Assembly (NCBI GenBank): GCA_012520995.1
Contig: JAAYNI010000010.1
Coordinates: forward strand, 7,671 to 71,670
Source: Candidatus Rifleibacteriota bacterium
GTDB taxonomy: Bacteria > Muiribacteriota > Ozemobacteria > Ozemobacterales > Ozemobacteraceae
Length of the DNA stretch: 64,000 bases
Direction of reading: 5' to 3'
In this document: one piece after another, positions 1 through 10,034 of the stretch
Layout: every line of letters starts with the position of its first letter
Numbering within the stretch: the stretch's first letter is position 1
The notes under the pieces: model-generated
Databases searched by the model: none
What the model was told of the DNA's origin: nothing
What the model saw: only the letters and a program-made list of their open reading frames with translations
Made by a program: the position numbers and the translations under genes

Positions 1-161
1 GGTCCATGGAAATCATTGCATGCTCAAAGCGAAAACGGTGAAATAAACGTAAATTGGCAAGGCAAGCGAACCCAAGGACAGGGAGTCAATATGCTTTCCG
101 GCGGCGAAGGAGCCAATTTCACTGCAAAATCCGTAACCGGAGCCATAAACTTTCTGTAGGA
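1..161 (+). CDS. 3' partial ORF running in from the window edge; C-terminal fragment of a Gly/Thr/Asn-rich, beta-strand-like protein
   Basis: Frame 1 is open from position 1 to a TAG at 159-161 (own translation ...GEINVNWQGKRTQGQGVNMLSGGEGANFTAKSVTGAINFL). There is no start codon, so the ORF track does not list it. The composition resembles the neighbouring 260..817 ORF. Confidence 0.25.
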
Positions 162-259
162 GAAAATGATGTTAGAACTATTCATAGCTATAAGACTCTT
201 CACCTGAAGATTGGCTCTCAGAACACATTGAATACCAGAAAGATAAATTATCAATAACA

Positions 260-817
260 TTGGGCGGATTTAATAGAGTAAAAGCAAAATACGTCAAAGT
301 AGTCGAACTAAAGCCAGGCGATCCAATGCCAGAGGAAAGCCAAATAGAAACTTTTTTGAATCTCCATATTAAACTTCCTCCCCAAAAAACTCTTAAGGTC
401 AAGAGTACCAAGACTCCCATTACAATCGTTGGAGATTATAATGTGGATGAGGTAAAAAACCGGACCGGAAAAATTACAATTCACAATTCTAACAGCAAGG
501 ACACCAAGATAACAAACTGGAGCGGAACAACTGAAATTGACAACTGCAATATAGAGCATTTGTCACTGAGTGCGCCAGCTGGCTCAATTACCGTTAAAAA
601 TTCAACTATAAAGAAACTGAAAACAAAGACAGATTCAGGCTTGACGATTTTAGAAAACTTAAACTTCCTCCCAGGAGGGGAATTTGAAGCTGAAACTGTT
701 TCAGATCTTATTTCGATCAAAGATTCGAATATACTAAAAGCAGAGACCAAAGCAATCAGAAGACCAAAAATCAAAGTCTGCAAAAGACAATACTATTGGC
801 AGGAAATAGAAAAATGA
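260..817 (+). CDS. hypothetical protein with a Thr/Lys/Asn-rich repetitive beta-like composition; possible adhesin-like fragment
   Basis: 185-aa ORF with no RBS and no recognisable family. It may belong to the same, possibly disrupted, gene as the 1..161 fragment. Confidence 0.3.
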   Translation: MGGFNRVKAKYVKVVELKPGDPMPEESQIETFLNLHIKLPPQKTLKVKSTKTPITIVGDYNVDEVKNRTGKITIHNSNSKDTKITNWSGTTEIDNCNIEHLSLSAPAGSITVKNSTIKKLKTKTDSGLTILENLNFLPGGEFEAETVSDLISIKDSNILKAETKAIRRPKIKVCKRQYYWQEIEK

Positions 818-995
818 CTATAACATATTCGAACATAGCGCTTATTGTTTTGGGAGTTATTCTGCTCGTGTTTGCAGCAGTAGCCATAACCGCTTTGAGA
901 TGCTCTCCAATAGTCGAGACTTTAAAATTTGAAAAACAGAGAACAAAACTTCAAATAAACACACTTGACAGTAAACATTTAGAGAAAAAGCAGCA

Positions 996-2990
996 CTAAC
1001 GTTCCACGAGCTTGAACTTCACATTCCCTTCGTAAAGATCTATATTTCTGGGTTTAACAAGAATGTGATCTCCTACCGAAACATCAAAATTAGGCTTAGG
1101 GGCTTTTCTGAAAGAGCATAGCTCTGGCGAATAAAACATCACTTCGGCACCGATTTGCACCACTTCTCCATGCAAAACGAAGTTTTTATCTTTTTCTAGC
1201 TGCTGCTCCAAATATTTTAAAATCCAATAGGTTTCACGGCTTTTTGCTACCTGAATAGCCCTTCTTTCGGAAATTCCGGAAAGCGTCATCAAATGTTCAA
1301 ATTCATTTTGCTCATATGCAGGCAAACCGTCTTTTAAATAAGCTTTTACCTGTCTGTGCAAAAGCAGATTTGAATATTTGCGCAAAGGAGATGTAAACTG
1401 GGTATAAGGATCCAAGCCAATAGAAGCGTGAAGCCCTGGTTTATCTGAGAAAAGCGTTTTCGGAGAGTTGATTATAAAGTTCCACAAGGCAGCTGCAGAA
1501 AAGTCTTGAGAGGTTTCAACAGAAGATTCTTCGTTTGCTTTTTGTACTCTGTAGCGACAAGGCAAGTTCCTTTCGCTTATCCACTTTGCAGCCAGATGAT
1601 TTGCCCAAATCATAAATTCAGCAATCATTTTCTCAGCAACTCCGTCCGGATTCGAATAAGAAAGTTCTACTGTTCCGCATTCTTTTATTGAGATTTCCAA
1701 ATCAGGTCTTTCCGGAAACTCCGAAGAACCCGATTCTTTTCGCTTTTGACGCAATGCAGATGCTACAAAAGAGGCTGTTTTAAGCTCTGGAGTCTCATCC
1801 ATGAGGCTATTAGCTTCTGAATAGGAACAAGCCTTAAAAAGGCTTATAAGCGAAGAAAATATTTCGAAAGAAAGCAACTCAAAAGTTTCGCTCAGTTCCA
1901 AAACCAAGGTTATAGCTGGACAATCCCTGCCTTCCGCAAAACCTGCCAACTCAGTTACAAAAGTATCGGGAAACATGCTAATAGTCTCATCCGCCATATA
2001 GATCGAAGTGGCTCTCACACAGGCTTCCTTATCTAAGGGAGAACCTGGCAAAGCAAACTCGGCAGGATCCGCCAAGTGAATATACAAACGATATTTGTCT
2101 TCGTCTTTCACAATAGCAAAGGCGTCATCTCTGTCTCGTGTATTTTCGCAATCTATCGCCCAAGAGGAAAGATATCGCAAATCTTCTCTGTCAGAGAAAT
2201 CTCTGGACTTTGCCAATTCTTCATCGGCAGATATCAATACATCTTCTGGAAATTCAGATTCTATGCCTTCTCTCAATTTTTCTATGTTAGCATCGGGAGG
2301 AAAAACTCCGGCAGAAATCAATGCTTCAAAAAGCAAATCCGGTTTTCCCAAACCTGCTCTAGAGAGGGCTGACTGCAGTTTGTCTGAAATATTGAAGTTT
2401 TCTGTTTTCAGAGCATATTTTTTCATTTCCGGCAGCCGTTCTTGAAGCTTATCTGAAAGAGCATGATTTTGTTTCAGGTCTGCTAAAGCTTCAGCAAGCT
2501 CTTCTGCAGCTTTCTGTGCAGCAGCTTGTTTTTCCAGCATAAGGCTCATTTCTTTAAACTCTTCTTCTGAAGCAGGTTTAAATGTAAAATCTTTGGTTTT
2601 GAAATAGAGATTGTCTTTCAGCAAAGCTCTCAACAAAGCCGCTATTTCATCATAATCTTCTTCGCCATACAAATAGGCAGCAATTTCTTCAGCTTCATAA
2701 AAACGCTCTTCCTCTAGCAATAGCTCACGAAGTTCAGCCAAATCTATCTCTTCAGAGAGCTTTTCTCTTATTTCGTCTTTTTCCACAAGAAGAGCCTTGG
2801 AACTCTCAATATCAGCAATATTGGCCAAAGCTTTTGAAGTAACCGAAAAAAGCTTGCGGCCTTTTATGTTTATTTCCTTGCCGTTCTTAAGAAGCAATCT
2901 GACATTTGGCTCAACCGCGGACATTATCGCGCCTATTTCGTATTTCTTTCCATTAATAAACTCGGCAATTGCACCGGATCTAAGTATCAA
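996..2990 (-). CDS. RNase II/R family 3'-5' exoribonuclease (RNB domain)
   Basis: Contains the RNB catalytic motif IDCENTRDRDDAFAIV (DxxxxxDxDD). The N-terminus is cold-shock-like and the C-terminus is basic and S1-like (HILVKPRNIDLYEGNVKFKL). The start is a TTG overlapping the upstream stop (TTGA), which indicates translational coupling. Confidence 0.8.
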   Translation of the reverse strand: MILRSGAIAEFINGKKYEIGAIMSAVEPNVRLLLKNGKEINIKGRKLFSVTSKALANIADIESSKALLVEKDEIREKLSEEIDLAELRELLLEEERFYEAEEIAAYLYGEEDYDEIAALLRALLKDNLYFKTKDFTFKPASEEEFKEMSLMLEKQAAAQKAAEELAEALADLKQNHALSDKLQERLPEMKKYALKTENFNISDKLQSALSRAGLGKPDLLFEALISAGVFPPDANIEKLREGIESEFPEDVLISADEELAKSRDFSDREDLRYLSSWAIDCENTRDRDDAFAIVKDEDKYRLYIHLADPAEFALPGSPLDKEACVRATSIYMADETISMFPDTFVTELAGFAEGRDCPAITLVLELSETFELLSFEIFSSLISLFKACSYSEANSLMDETPELKTASFVASALRQKRKESGSSEFPERPDLEISIKECGTVELSYSNPDGVAEKMIAEFMIWANHLAAKWISERNLPCRYRVQKANEESSVETSQDFSAAALWNFIINSPKTLFSDKPGLHASIGLDPYTQFTSPLRKYSNLLLHRQVKAYLKDGLPAYEQNEFEHLMTLSGISERRAIQVAKSRETYWILKYLEQQLEKDKNFVLHGEVVQIGAEVMFYSPELCSFRKAPKPNFDVSVGDHILVKPRNIDLYEGNVKFKLVER

Positions 2991-4192
2991 TTGGTTCCGC
3001 CTTTCAGTTTTTGAGACAAAATTTCGTCAAACCATCCAGAGAGGGTTTCTTCAGCAGTTTTAAACAATCGCTCGCAGGTTAATGAGTCAGGTTCAATTGC
3101 AGTACAGCTCTCCTGTACAAGATGACTCTCTACGAACGGAATAAATTTATTAAGCATCAGCAAATCCAGAAAATCAGTCGCCAAATCGCCATCATCCCAT
3201 CTTATGCGACCTTCTTCCGCAACTGCCCAATCCTCTTCAGGACGTTCTTTGTCATCATAAAATTCAATTGAATAAAAATCTCTCATCAAGGAGAAAATTT
3301 CCTTTGCTGCCCTAATATAAACAAGAGCCGCAGCTTTATCTTTGACCTCTATTTCAGGAAAAGAATCGCGCCAGTCGTATAATACAGCAAGAGATTGCAA
3401 AACTGTTTCAGAAAAGGCAAGTTCTGTCGGCGCAATATCTATAATTCTCCAAGCAAGGTGTCGTCTTTCTGGTAAACTCCATTCCTGCAAGTCATAAGAG
3501 AAAATATTCTCTCTCTTTTGTAAATCATCTCTAAGAGCTTTATTAAAGCGATAAACACGTTTTCGATCACGTTCAAAAGCCATTGAAGGATCAGTTTCTT
3601 CTCCTAAGGCAATGATTCTGCTAATTGAGGCTATATCGGGATAAACATGTAAAAACAAAAAAACAGGAAGTGATTGCTCAAGCTTGCCCAAAGAGCAGAG
3701 ATTGATTCTGGCGGATTTTTTAATTTTTTCAACTGAATTTAAGCGGGCATATGTAAAAAGCGGCGAAGGCGAACTCTGACAAGATAGGCTCTCGTCAAAA
3801 GCGGGAATCAATATTTCTTTGCGTTTATAAGGCATTACAAGCCTGCGAAGCTTTTTATCTATGTAAACAAAAGCTGCATCTACTGAAGGCGCCTTTTTAG
3901 CTGTGAAGTCCTCAAGCAATATCAAAAGGATCTCTGTAATTATTTCTTTAACTTTATCCTGAAAAGCCATATCAACCGCCTGCCATTTAGCGGCTTTAGA
4001 AGCTATATATCCCTGTAAAGTTTTCACAAAATCAAAAGCTTTGGAAGCAGCAGGATTTACCAGATATTCAGCGAAAGCTTTTTCCTGAAGCTTTCTGGCT
4101 GCAATTTTCTCTGAAGTTTTATCTTGAAGCGAAATCTTTTTTTTCATTTTTAAAATAAAAGAGATTTTTTTTGTCCCATTTTTCCTTCTCAT
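2987..4192 (-). CDS. hypothetical protein translationally coupled to the RNase II/R gene
   Basis: Long ORF with a 4-nt overlap onto the RNase start. The track start at 4243 is a TTG, so I prefer the ATG at 4192 (MRRKNGTKK...), which sits directly behind a TATAAT-like box (4196-4201) and may be leaderless. I do not recognise a family. Confidence 0.5.
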   Translation of the reverse strand: MRRKNGTKKISFILKMKKKISLQDKTSEKIAARKLQEKAFAEYLVNPAASKAFDFVKTLQGYIASKAAKWQAVDMAFQDKVKEIITEILLILLEDFTAKKAPSVDAAFVYIDKKLRRLVMPYKRKEILIPAFDESLSCQSSPSPLFTYARLNSVEKIKKSARINLCSLGKLEQSLPVFLFLHVYPDIASISRIIALGEETDPSMAFERDRKRVYRFNKALRDDLQKRENIFSYDLQEWSLPERRHLAWRIIDIAPTELAFSETVLQSLAVLYDWRDSFPEIEVKDKAAALVYIRAAKEIFSLMRDFYSIEFYDDKERPEEDWAVAEEGRIRWDDGDLATDFLDLLMLNKFIPFVESHLVQESCTAIEPDSLTCERLFKTAEETLSGWFDEILSQKLKGGTN

Positions 4193-4243
4193 TTGATTAT
4201 ACCGGTGAACCTCTAAAAGAATAAAGGAAAAGGAGAAACACAA

Positions 4244-4690
4244 ATGAGTTCTTGTTACACTTGTCCTCTTAATAAAAATTCCGTATTTTTTAATCCTTTC
4301 ATGTCCAAAAGAGCGCCGGAAGAATTCCGAAGACTTTACACCTGCGAATCAGGCACCCGTTTTTTCAATCTCACTTCAGGGAACGGATGCAGTGTCAGGC
4401 TCTGCCCAAGAGATCTGTGGGTTTTGAGCTATTTGGATGATAACGACGCTTTCGCAATAAGAGAATCCCCTCGCGTTTTGGACAAGCTTGCAAACTCAAG
4501 CCAGCCTGAACTTCTTTTCAATCTGCTGGAAAGCAGCGAACCGTCATTGCGCAAAAAGCTCTGGCAAAGGCTCACTTCATTGCACTTTGATAAACTCAGT
4601 ATTTTCTGCGACCTGCGAGATGAAGTTCCAGATTCACATATTATGTTTGAAACGCTGCTGAATACAGAGCACACCCGCTGTGCAGCATAA
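4244..4690 (+). CDS. hypothetical small protein
   Basis: ATG start with a good RBS (AGGAGA, 7-nt spacer). It is divergent from the upstream gene. No family recognised. Confidence 0.35.
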   Translation: MSSCYTCPLNKNSVFFNPFMSKRAPEEFRRLYTCESGTRFFNLTSGNGCSVRLCPRDLWVLSYLDDNDAFAIRESPRVLDKLANSSQPELLFNLLESSEPSLRKKLWQRLTSLHFDKLSIFCDLRDEVPDSHIMFETLLNTEHTRCAA

Positions 4691-4715
4691 AGCCACTTAA
4701 ATCTAAAAGTCCGTT

Positions 4716-4866
4716 TTCTATCCACAGATTACACAGATGAATGCTGTCGCACAGTGAGTAGGGCGTAGGGGAGGCTGTCCGAAAACTCGTTTTTAGCTAA
4801 GCTCCAAAATATGTAAAATTAGACTCCGCTTTTTTTAAAAAATCCAGTTTTTGGGCAGCCTCCCCT
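4716..4866. repeat. intergenic repeat cluster: DnaA-box-like motif (reverse-complemented), partial G-tract motif and a 10-bp long-range inverted repeat
   Basis: 4716-4731 reads ttctatccacagatta, the reverse complement of TAATCTGTGGATAGAA. 4759-4775 reads tagggcgtaggggagg. ggggaggctg at 4768-4777 pairs with cagcctcccc at 4857-4866. Confidence 0.35.
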
Positions 4867-4870
4867 GTTT

Positions 4871-7708
4871 TTAAGTCATGTTGCTCATTCTGCCCAAAAG
4901 TTTTTCCGCATATATATGCTGTTGGGAACTAGGCAAAGTTTTATCTTTCACCTGCTCAAATATTTCAATTGCTTCTTTTATAGCTCTCCGTCTGTAGTAA
5001 ACCATGCCCAAGTTCATCAGCAAGGTTACATCTTCAGGCGAAGTTTTAACCGCCATCTGATATGACTTGGTAGCATCGACAAGCTTTCCTTGCTTATAAT
5101 ACATATTGCCCATAGCCGAGTATATATAAGAAGCGCCAGGATTCATCTTAAGAGCCTTTTTGAAATACTTTTCAGCCTCATTGGTATTGCCTCTGCGCAT
5201 TTCTTGCATTCCTGCTTCAAAAGCCTCTGCAAATTCTTCCTGCTTCTTTCTGGCAGCATTGACAGCTTTTTCGGTCTTCAAGAACTCTTCCTTGTCCATC
5301 ATCACTTCAAGAGCGTCCATAGCAGCTTTAGCCACAGCGGGTTCTTTATCTCTTAGAGCTTTAATCAATACCTGCTTGCCTTCCACAGCTTTGAGTTTGC
5401 CTATAGCTCTTAGCGCATGGCATCTTTCATCGCGACTTTCTTTCTGTTCTGCCAACTTCAGCAAACGAGGCACTGCAGCTTGATTTTTCAAAACAGCGAA
5501 AGCATCTATAAAAACAAGCCGCATATCAGGATCCGTCTCTTTGTCAAAACGTTTAAGAAGCTCTTTAAAAGCCTTTTCATGCCCTGTCATGGCTATAGAA
5601 GCAATAATATTGGCTTTGAGTTCCATTGTGTCTTCATCGAGCAATTTAAGCAAGTCAGGAAAAGCCCTTGCAGCCCTTAATTCTCCCAAAATTTTGACAG
5701 CATTGTATCTAAGCAACCAAGACTCTCGTTGCAATGCAGAAATAAGCACAGGAATGGCTTCCTGCTCACCTATTTTGCCAATAGCTGTTACAGCTGCCGC
5801 AGCCAGTTCTTCGTTGCCGTCTTCCGCCATTATCATCAGGTCTTTCATAGCAGGCTTATAACGCAGCTTGCCTAGAGCTTCCGCTACAGCTATGCGCACT
5901 GGCCAAGATTCATCCCTGACATATTCCGCAATCTTTTTGCCGTCTTCCGGGCGCCCCAATGAACCCAAGGTCATTATAGTTTGCCTGCGTACTTCAGCAT
6001 AGGCGTGCTCTAACAGAGGCAACAGATGTTCAGGAGCTTGAGCAGGGAAAGAGAGAAGAGTTTCTCTTATCCAGTAGTTTACATTCTCATCCAAATGCCC
6101 CAACTTATAGCACAAAATCGGCACTATCATATCCGGCTGCATTAGAGAAAAAACCTTTGAAACTCCAACTAGCACGCGTCTTTTACCGCTCTTGAATAAA
6201 GCGAACAAATCGTCACAAATAGTCCTGCCATAACTGGCCAAAGCTTTTTGAGCCGCGTCTCTGATGGCCTCTGAAGGGTCATCAAGAGAAGCAAAGAGAA
6301 TAGGCAAAGACTCTTTCGCTCCTATTCTGCCAAGAGATCTCAAAACCCAATATCTTACTTCAGGATCGTTTCTCTCTCCCGCTAAAGGAGTTATATCATT
6401 CAAAACCGCTTCTCCATACTGACTTATAACATCAGAAGCAGTTTTTCTGATAGGCCAAGCAGGATCTCTGAAAAGCGATAGAATGTGTTTAAATACGCCT
6501 GCGGGTCTAAGCCCTCCTATAGCTCTCAAAGACCAGTATTTAATATCCTGTTCATCGCTTTTCAAAGCTTTCAGGAGATATGGAACAGCTTCACTTGTAA
6601 AGGAAACCACTCCCTCGCAAGCCTTTTTACGAACAACCCATACAGGATCTATAAACTTTTCCAGCAAAAGGGGGATCACAGAGGAATTTCTATAGGCCGC
6701 TACAGCTTCTGTGGCAGCCAATCTGATTTCCGAATCAGGGTCTGACATCAATTCTTTGATGCGCGGCAAAGCCGTCTTTTCTTTCAGTTCGCCTAAAATT
6801 CTAATAGACCAGAATTTGCGTTCTTTGTCAGCAGACTCGAGAGCCTCAACCAAAGGATAAACAGCTTCGCTTCCCATATCGCAAAGAGCCTGTGCAGCCA
6901 AAGCTCTGGAAGTTCTATATTCGCTGGACAGAGAATCTACCAAATACGGAATAGAGTGGGTGCCAAAATCCTTGAGTATTTCAAAAACCAAATCCCGAAT
7001 TTGTTCCGATGGCTGTAAAAGTGCTTCAAAAAGCTGCGGACAAACAGAAGGATCGCCGATTTCTCTCAAAGCTCTTAATGCCGCTATTCTGACACCGTGA
7101 TCTTGATCTTTTAAAGCTGGCACCACAATAGGCAGATGTTTCTTGTCTTTTAGCGCTCCCAGACATAGCAAAGCCCAGTAGCGGACATCAGGATTTTTAT
7201 CTGTTATTGCGACTGTCAATGCCTCAACTGCCTTGTTTTTCATATGTTTGACAGCAGTCGCCGCTCTTGAGCGTACTTTCCATACAGGGGAAGCAAATTC
7301 TTTAATAAGCAGACTCAAAGAAGCTTGAGGAAATTTAGCCAAGGATCTTGCCGCCATATCCGCAACTTGATTCTTAGAATCGTGAAGCAGAGTCATAAGC
7401 GTCATAACAGAAAGTTCTTCCGGGTAATCGCCTAAAGCTGCTGCCAGCCTAAGCCTTACGTCTGCGGACTCATCCTGCATAACTAATCTCATCATTTTGG
7501 GAAAATTATCAGGCCTGTGCGCCTTAATAGAATCAACCACCGCACATCTGACATCTGATGAGCGATCTTTTAGGAGGCGCAATAAAGGTTCTATACTGAC
7601 AGGATTTTTAATTTCCGCCAATTGCTTTATTGCTTTGAGACGCTTTGCGATCAAAGTAGAGTTAAGATCTAACAGGATATCGTCAAGCTCTAATGTTCTA
7701 GCACCCAT
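4871..7708 (-). CDS. HEAT-repeat (PBS lyase-like) protein with C-terminal TPR repeats
   Basis: 945 aa with more than 15 repeats of the ...DVR..AA.ALG... type. The C-terminal 150 aa carry TPR signatures (AEKYFKKALKMNP..., YQMAVKTSP...). Confidence 0.7.
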   Translation of the reverse strand: MGARTLELDDILLDLNSTLIAKRLKAIKQLAEIKNPVSIEPLLRLLKDRSSDVRCAVVDSIKAHRPDNFPKMMRLVMQDESADVRLRLAAALGDYPEELSVMTLMTLLHDSKNQVADMAARSLAKFPQASLSLLIKEFASPVWKVRSRAATAVKHMKNKAVEALTVAITDKNPDVRYWALLCLGALKDKKHLPIVVPALKDQDHGVRIAALRALREIGDPSVCPQLFEALLQPSEQIRDLVFEILKDFGTHSIPYLVDSLSSEYRTSRALAAQALCDMGSEAVYPLVEALESADKERKFWSIRILGELKEKTALPRIKELMSDPDSEIRLAATEAVAAYRNSSVIPLLLEKFIDPVWVVRKKACEGVVSFTSEAVPYLLKALKSDEQDIKYWSLRAIGGLRPAGVFKHILSLFRDPAWPIRKTASDVISQYGEAVLNDITPLAGERNDPEVRYWVLRSLGRIGAKESLPILFASLDDPSEAIRDAAQKALASYGRTICDDLFALFKSGKRRVLVGVSKVFSLMQPDMIVPILCYKLGHLDENVNYWIRETLLSFPAQAPEHLLPLLEHAYAEVRRQTIMTLGSLGRPEDGKKIAEYVRDESWPVRIAVAEALGKLRYKPAMKDLMIMAEDGNEELAAAAVTAIGKIGEQEAIPVLISALQRESWLLRYNAVKILGELRAARAFPDLLKLLDEDTMELKANIIASIAMTGHEKAFKELLKRFDKETDPDMRLVFIDAFAVLKNQAAVPRLLKLAEQKESRDERCHALRAIGKLKAVEGKQVLIKALRDKEPAVAKAAMDALEVMMDKEEFLKTEKAVNAARKKQEEFAEAFEAGMQEMRRGNTNEAEKYFKKALKMNPGASYIYSAMGNMYYKQGKLVDATKSYQMAVKTSPEDVTLLMNLGMVYYRRRAIKEAIEIFEQVKDKTLPSSQQHIYAEKLLGRMSNMT

Positions 7709-7804
7709 TCTTTTCCCCTTGTTGTTTTCTTATCTTTCTAAGGGTATCACAAATCGCCTTAATACATAGCTACATCCTGTAAAAAAAAGGTACATTATTT
7801 TAAG

Positions 7805-7838
7805 TTGACCTGAAACGGATATATCTTATATTATTGTG
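7805..7838 (+). promoter_or_regulatory. sigma-70-like promoter candidate for the 7867 gene
   Basis: TTGACC followed at 16-17 nt by TATATT. The RBS GAGGTGA lies 5 nt before the ATG. Confidence 0.3.
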
Positions 7839-7866
7839 TGACTGTAGATTAAAAATGAGGTGAGAT

Positions 7867-8748
7867 ATGCGCGCTCATAAAACATATAAACTAATTTCCA
7901 TACCAGCAGCATTGCTGCTAATGATATCACTCTTCTTAGCTTCACCTGTTCTTGCGGTGAATATGATAACTGGAATATCACCAGACGAAATTATAGTATC
8001 AACAAAACCTCCTGTTACCGGAAAAATAGCGGATGCGCATGTCAGACTTATTGAGTTCATGCTTCAGACACGTATGACTATAGCTCAAAAGCTTGTGCTG
8101 TTCAGAGGAATGAATGCCGAGTGTCCTAACATGACACCGGAAGAGTTCGCCGACTTTGCTTCCGCTCCTGAATTGCTCCAAGGAATAAGCGAAATCATAG
8201 ATTCTGAAATCGAAGCCGTACGTCGAATGCTTCTGGAAGAATACATACAGGCTGCCTTGGACTCCCCCGATGATCAAGTAGCAAAAGTTTTTGTACAGCT
8301 CAACAGAGATGACGACAGAAAACTCATAGTTCGCGAAGACCTAAACATAACCTACCAAGCAGCTAATGCTTTTATTGAATACTTGGCTTTTCTCGCAAAT
8401 CCTGATGCTCCAAAATGGTACAACGAAAAAGATGCCGAATCTATAAGAATGCGTCTACAAGTTGGCTTTGCAGGCTTCTCTGAAGATGAGCAGTATGCTC
8501 TGGAAGACTTTGAACTCTCTTGGTTCTTAATAAGAGCCGCATGGCAAGACCCTGCCAACCAGAACTTCAAAAATGCTTGGAGAAAAGAATTTTCCTCTGT
8601 GAATATAATTCCCGGAAGACTTCCTTCGCCTGCCCAGCTCCGCAAAGCCCTTTCAATTGACATATACTCAGACCTCTTAGACAGAGCGGTAATGTCAGGA
8701 GTGGACCCCATTGAATTTTCTATGACTTCCAAAAGGATGGTCTGGTAA
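7867..8748 (+). CDS. secreted hypothetical protein
   Basis: Strong RBS and an N-terminal signal peptide (LLLMISLFLASPVLAVN). No family recognised. Confidence 0.6.
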   Translation: MRAHKTYKLISIPAALLLMISLFLASPVLAVNMITGISPDEIIVSTKPPVTGKIADAHVRLIEFMLQTRMTIAQKLVLFRGMNAECPNMTPEEFADFASAPELLQGISEIIDSEIEAVRRMLLEEYIQAALDSPDDQVAKVFVQLNRDDDRKLIVREDLNITYQAANAFIEYLAFLANPDAPKWYNEKDAESIRMRLQVGFAGFSEDEQYALEDFELSWFLIRAAWQDPANQNFKNAWRKEFSSVNIIPGRLPSPAQLRKALSIDIYSDLLDRAVMSGVDPIEFSMTSKRMVW

Positions 8749-8753
8749 AGCAT

Positions 8754-9335
8754 ATGGCAAACCTGCCCAGAAGAAACAAATATCATTTGAGTGAACAGCT
8801 TCACACAAACAGCCTTGATGCCTTTTACATGGTAAGAGACAGTGAAGATGGGCACGCTCTGGCAGCAGTCCAGGAATACTCATCTCTGCCTCAAAAGATC
8901 TCGCGCATGTTTCTTGATAAAGTATTCCTGCCTTCTCACTTTGTGATGACAACTGACGAGGGAGACAAAATATTTTCTCTGGACAGACCTATTTCGCCGC
9001 TTAAACCTGAATTCACAATGAGGAATCCTAAAGGAAGAACGGTTTGCATTTTTAAAAAGTCTTCCTTTAACTTTGCTCCCGAAGTAGATGTTTTAGACGA
9101 AACTGCAACACAAATAGCTACTATAAGCGGAGATTTGCGAAAATCAAAGTTCGTTTTCAAAGACAAATCCGGCAAGCTCATATCTGTAATTTATCACGAA
9201 AGCAGTCTTCTCAAAGACTTTCTATGCACTGCTGACGACTATAAAATTATCATGGAAAACGAAACTCTTGACACTGTTTTTCACGAAATGAGCGTAGCTG
9301 CTGCTCTTTGCCTTGATGTCATGTATCATGACTGA
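8754..9335 (+). CDS. hypothetical protein (possibly LOR/tubby-like fold; unverified)
   Basis: 193-aa ORF immediately downstream of the 7867 gene and probably co-transcribed with it. I only have a weak impression of a LURP-one-related (DUF567) family. Confidence 0.45.
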   Translation: MANLPRRNKYHLSEQLHTNSLDAFYMVRDSEDGHALAAVQEYSSLPQKISRMFLDKVFLPSHFVMTTDEGDKIFSLDRPISPLKPEFTMRNPKGRTVCIFKKSSFNFAPEVDVLDETATQIATISGDLRKSKFVFKDKSGKLISVIYHESSLLKDFLCTADDYKIIMENETLDTVFHEMSVAAALCLDVMYHD

Positions 9336-10011
9336 GAAAAAGACCGCAAAAAAAACAACACGCAAAGATTCTCTTGAATCGCTTAAAGAAAAAGCCAAAA
9401 AACTAAACAACATTCTCTCCGAAAGATATCCACAAGCAGGTTGCGCTCTTAACTTTGCCACTCCTTGGCAGTTGCTTGCCGCAACAATTCTCTCTGCTCA
9501 ATGTACAGACGCAAGAGTAAATATTGTCACCAAAGTTCTTTTTAAAAAGTATCCAGATCCTGAATCCACCGCTAAAGCCGAGATCAAAGATTTGGAGCGA
9601 ATAGTTTATTCTACCGGCTTCTACAAAAACAAAGCAAAAAGTCTTTCCGGAGCAGCGCAAGCTATTATTGAACGCTTTAACGGAAAAGTTCCGGAGGAAC
9701 TGGAAGACCTCATAACTTTGCCAGGAGTCGGCAGAAAAACAGCAAACGTTGTTTTAGGCACAGCCTTCGGAAAAGCCTCAGGAGTAGTTGTGGACACTCA
9801 TGTTTCAAGACTGTCAAGCAGATTGGGCTTGTCATCAGGGAAAAATGCAGAAAAAATAGAAGCTGACCTGATGAAAATCTTGCCGCAAGACTACTGGATT
9901 GTCTTTTCACATTACCTCATTCTATACGGCAGAGAAATTTGTTCCTCTCGCAATCCAAAATGTGAGTCCTGTGTCATCACTGAGCTTTGTGAATTTTTAA
10001 AACAAAAATAA
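9313..10011 (+). CDS. nth: endonuclease III (DNA glycosylase/AP lyase)
   Basis: Helix-hairpin-helix signature LPGVGRKTANVVL and a catalytic Lys region. The C-terminal 4Fe-4S cluster is C-x6-C-x2-C-x5-C (CSSRNPKCESCVITELC). The true start may be the ATG at 9328. Confidence 0.85.
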   Translation: MMSCIMTEKKTAKKTTRKDSLESLKEKAKKLNNILSERYPQAGCALNFATPWQLLAATILSAQCTDARVNIVTKVLFKKYPDPESTAKAEIKDLERIVYSTGFYKNKAKSLSGAAQAIIERFNGKVPEELEDLITLPGVGRKTANVVLGTAFGKASGVVVDTHVSRLSSRLGLSSGKNAEKIEADLMKILPQDYWIVFSHYLILYGREICSSRNPKCESCVITELCEFLKQK

Positions 10012-10034
10012 AAACTTGACCGGAGCAATTTAAT

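Noticed and set aside
5090-5861. Several plus-strand ORFs nested in the HEAT-repeat gene, and analogous antisense ORFs in mlaD (54966-55541), flgL and flgK
   Set aside because: They are fully embedded antisense to long, well-supported CDSs, with no RBS and no recognisable products.
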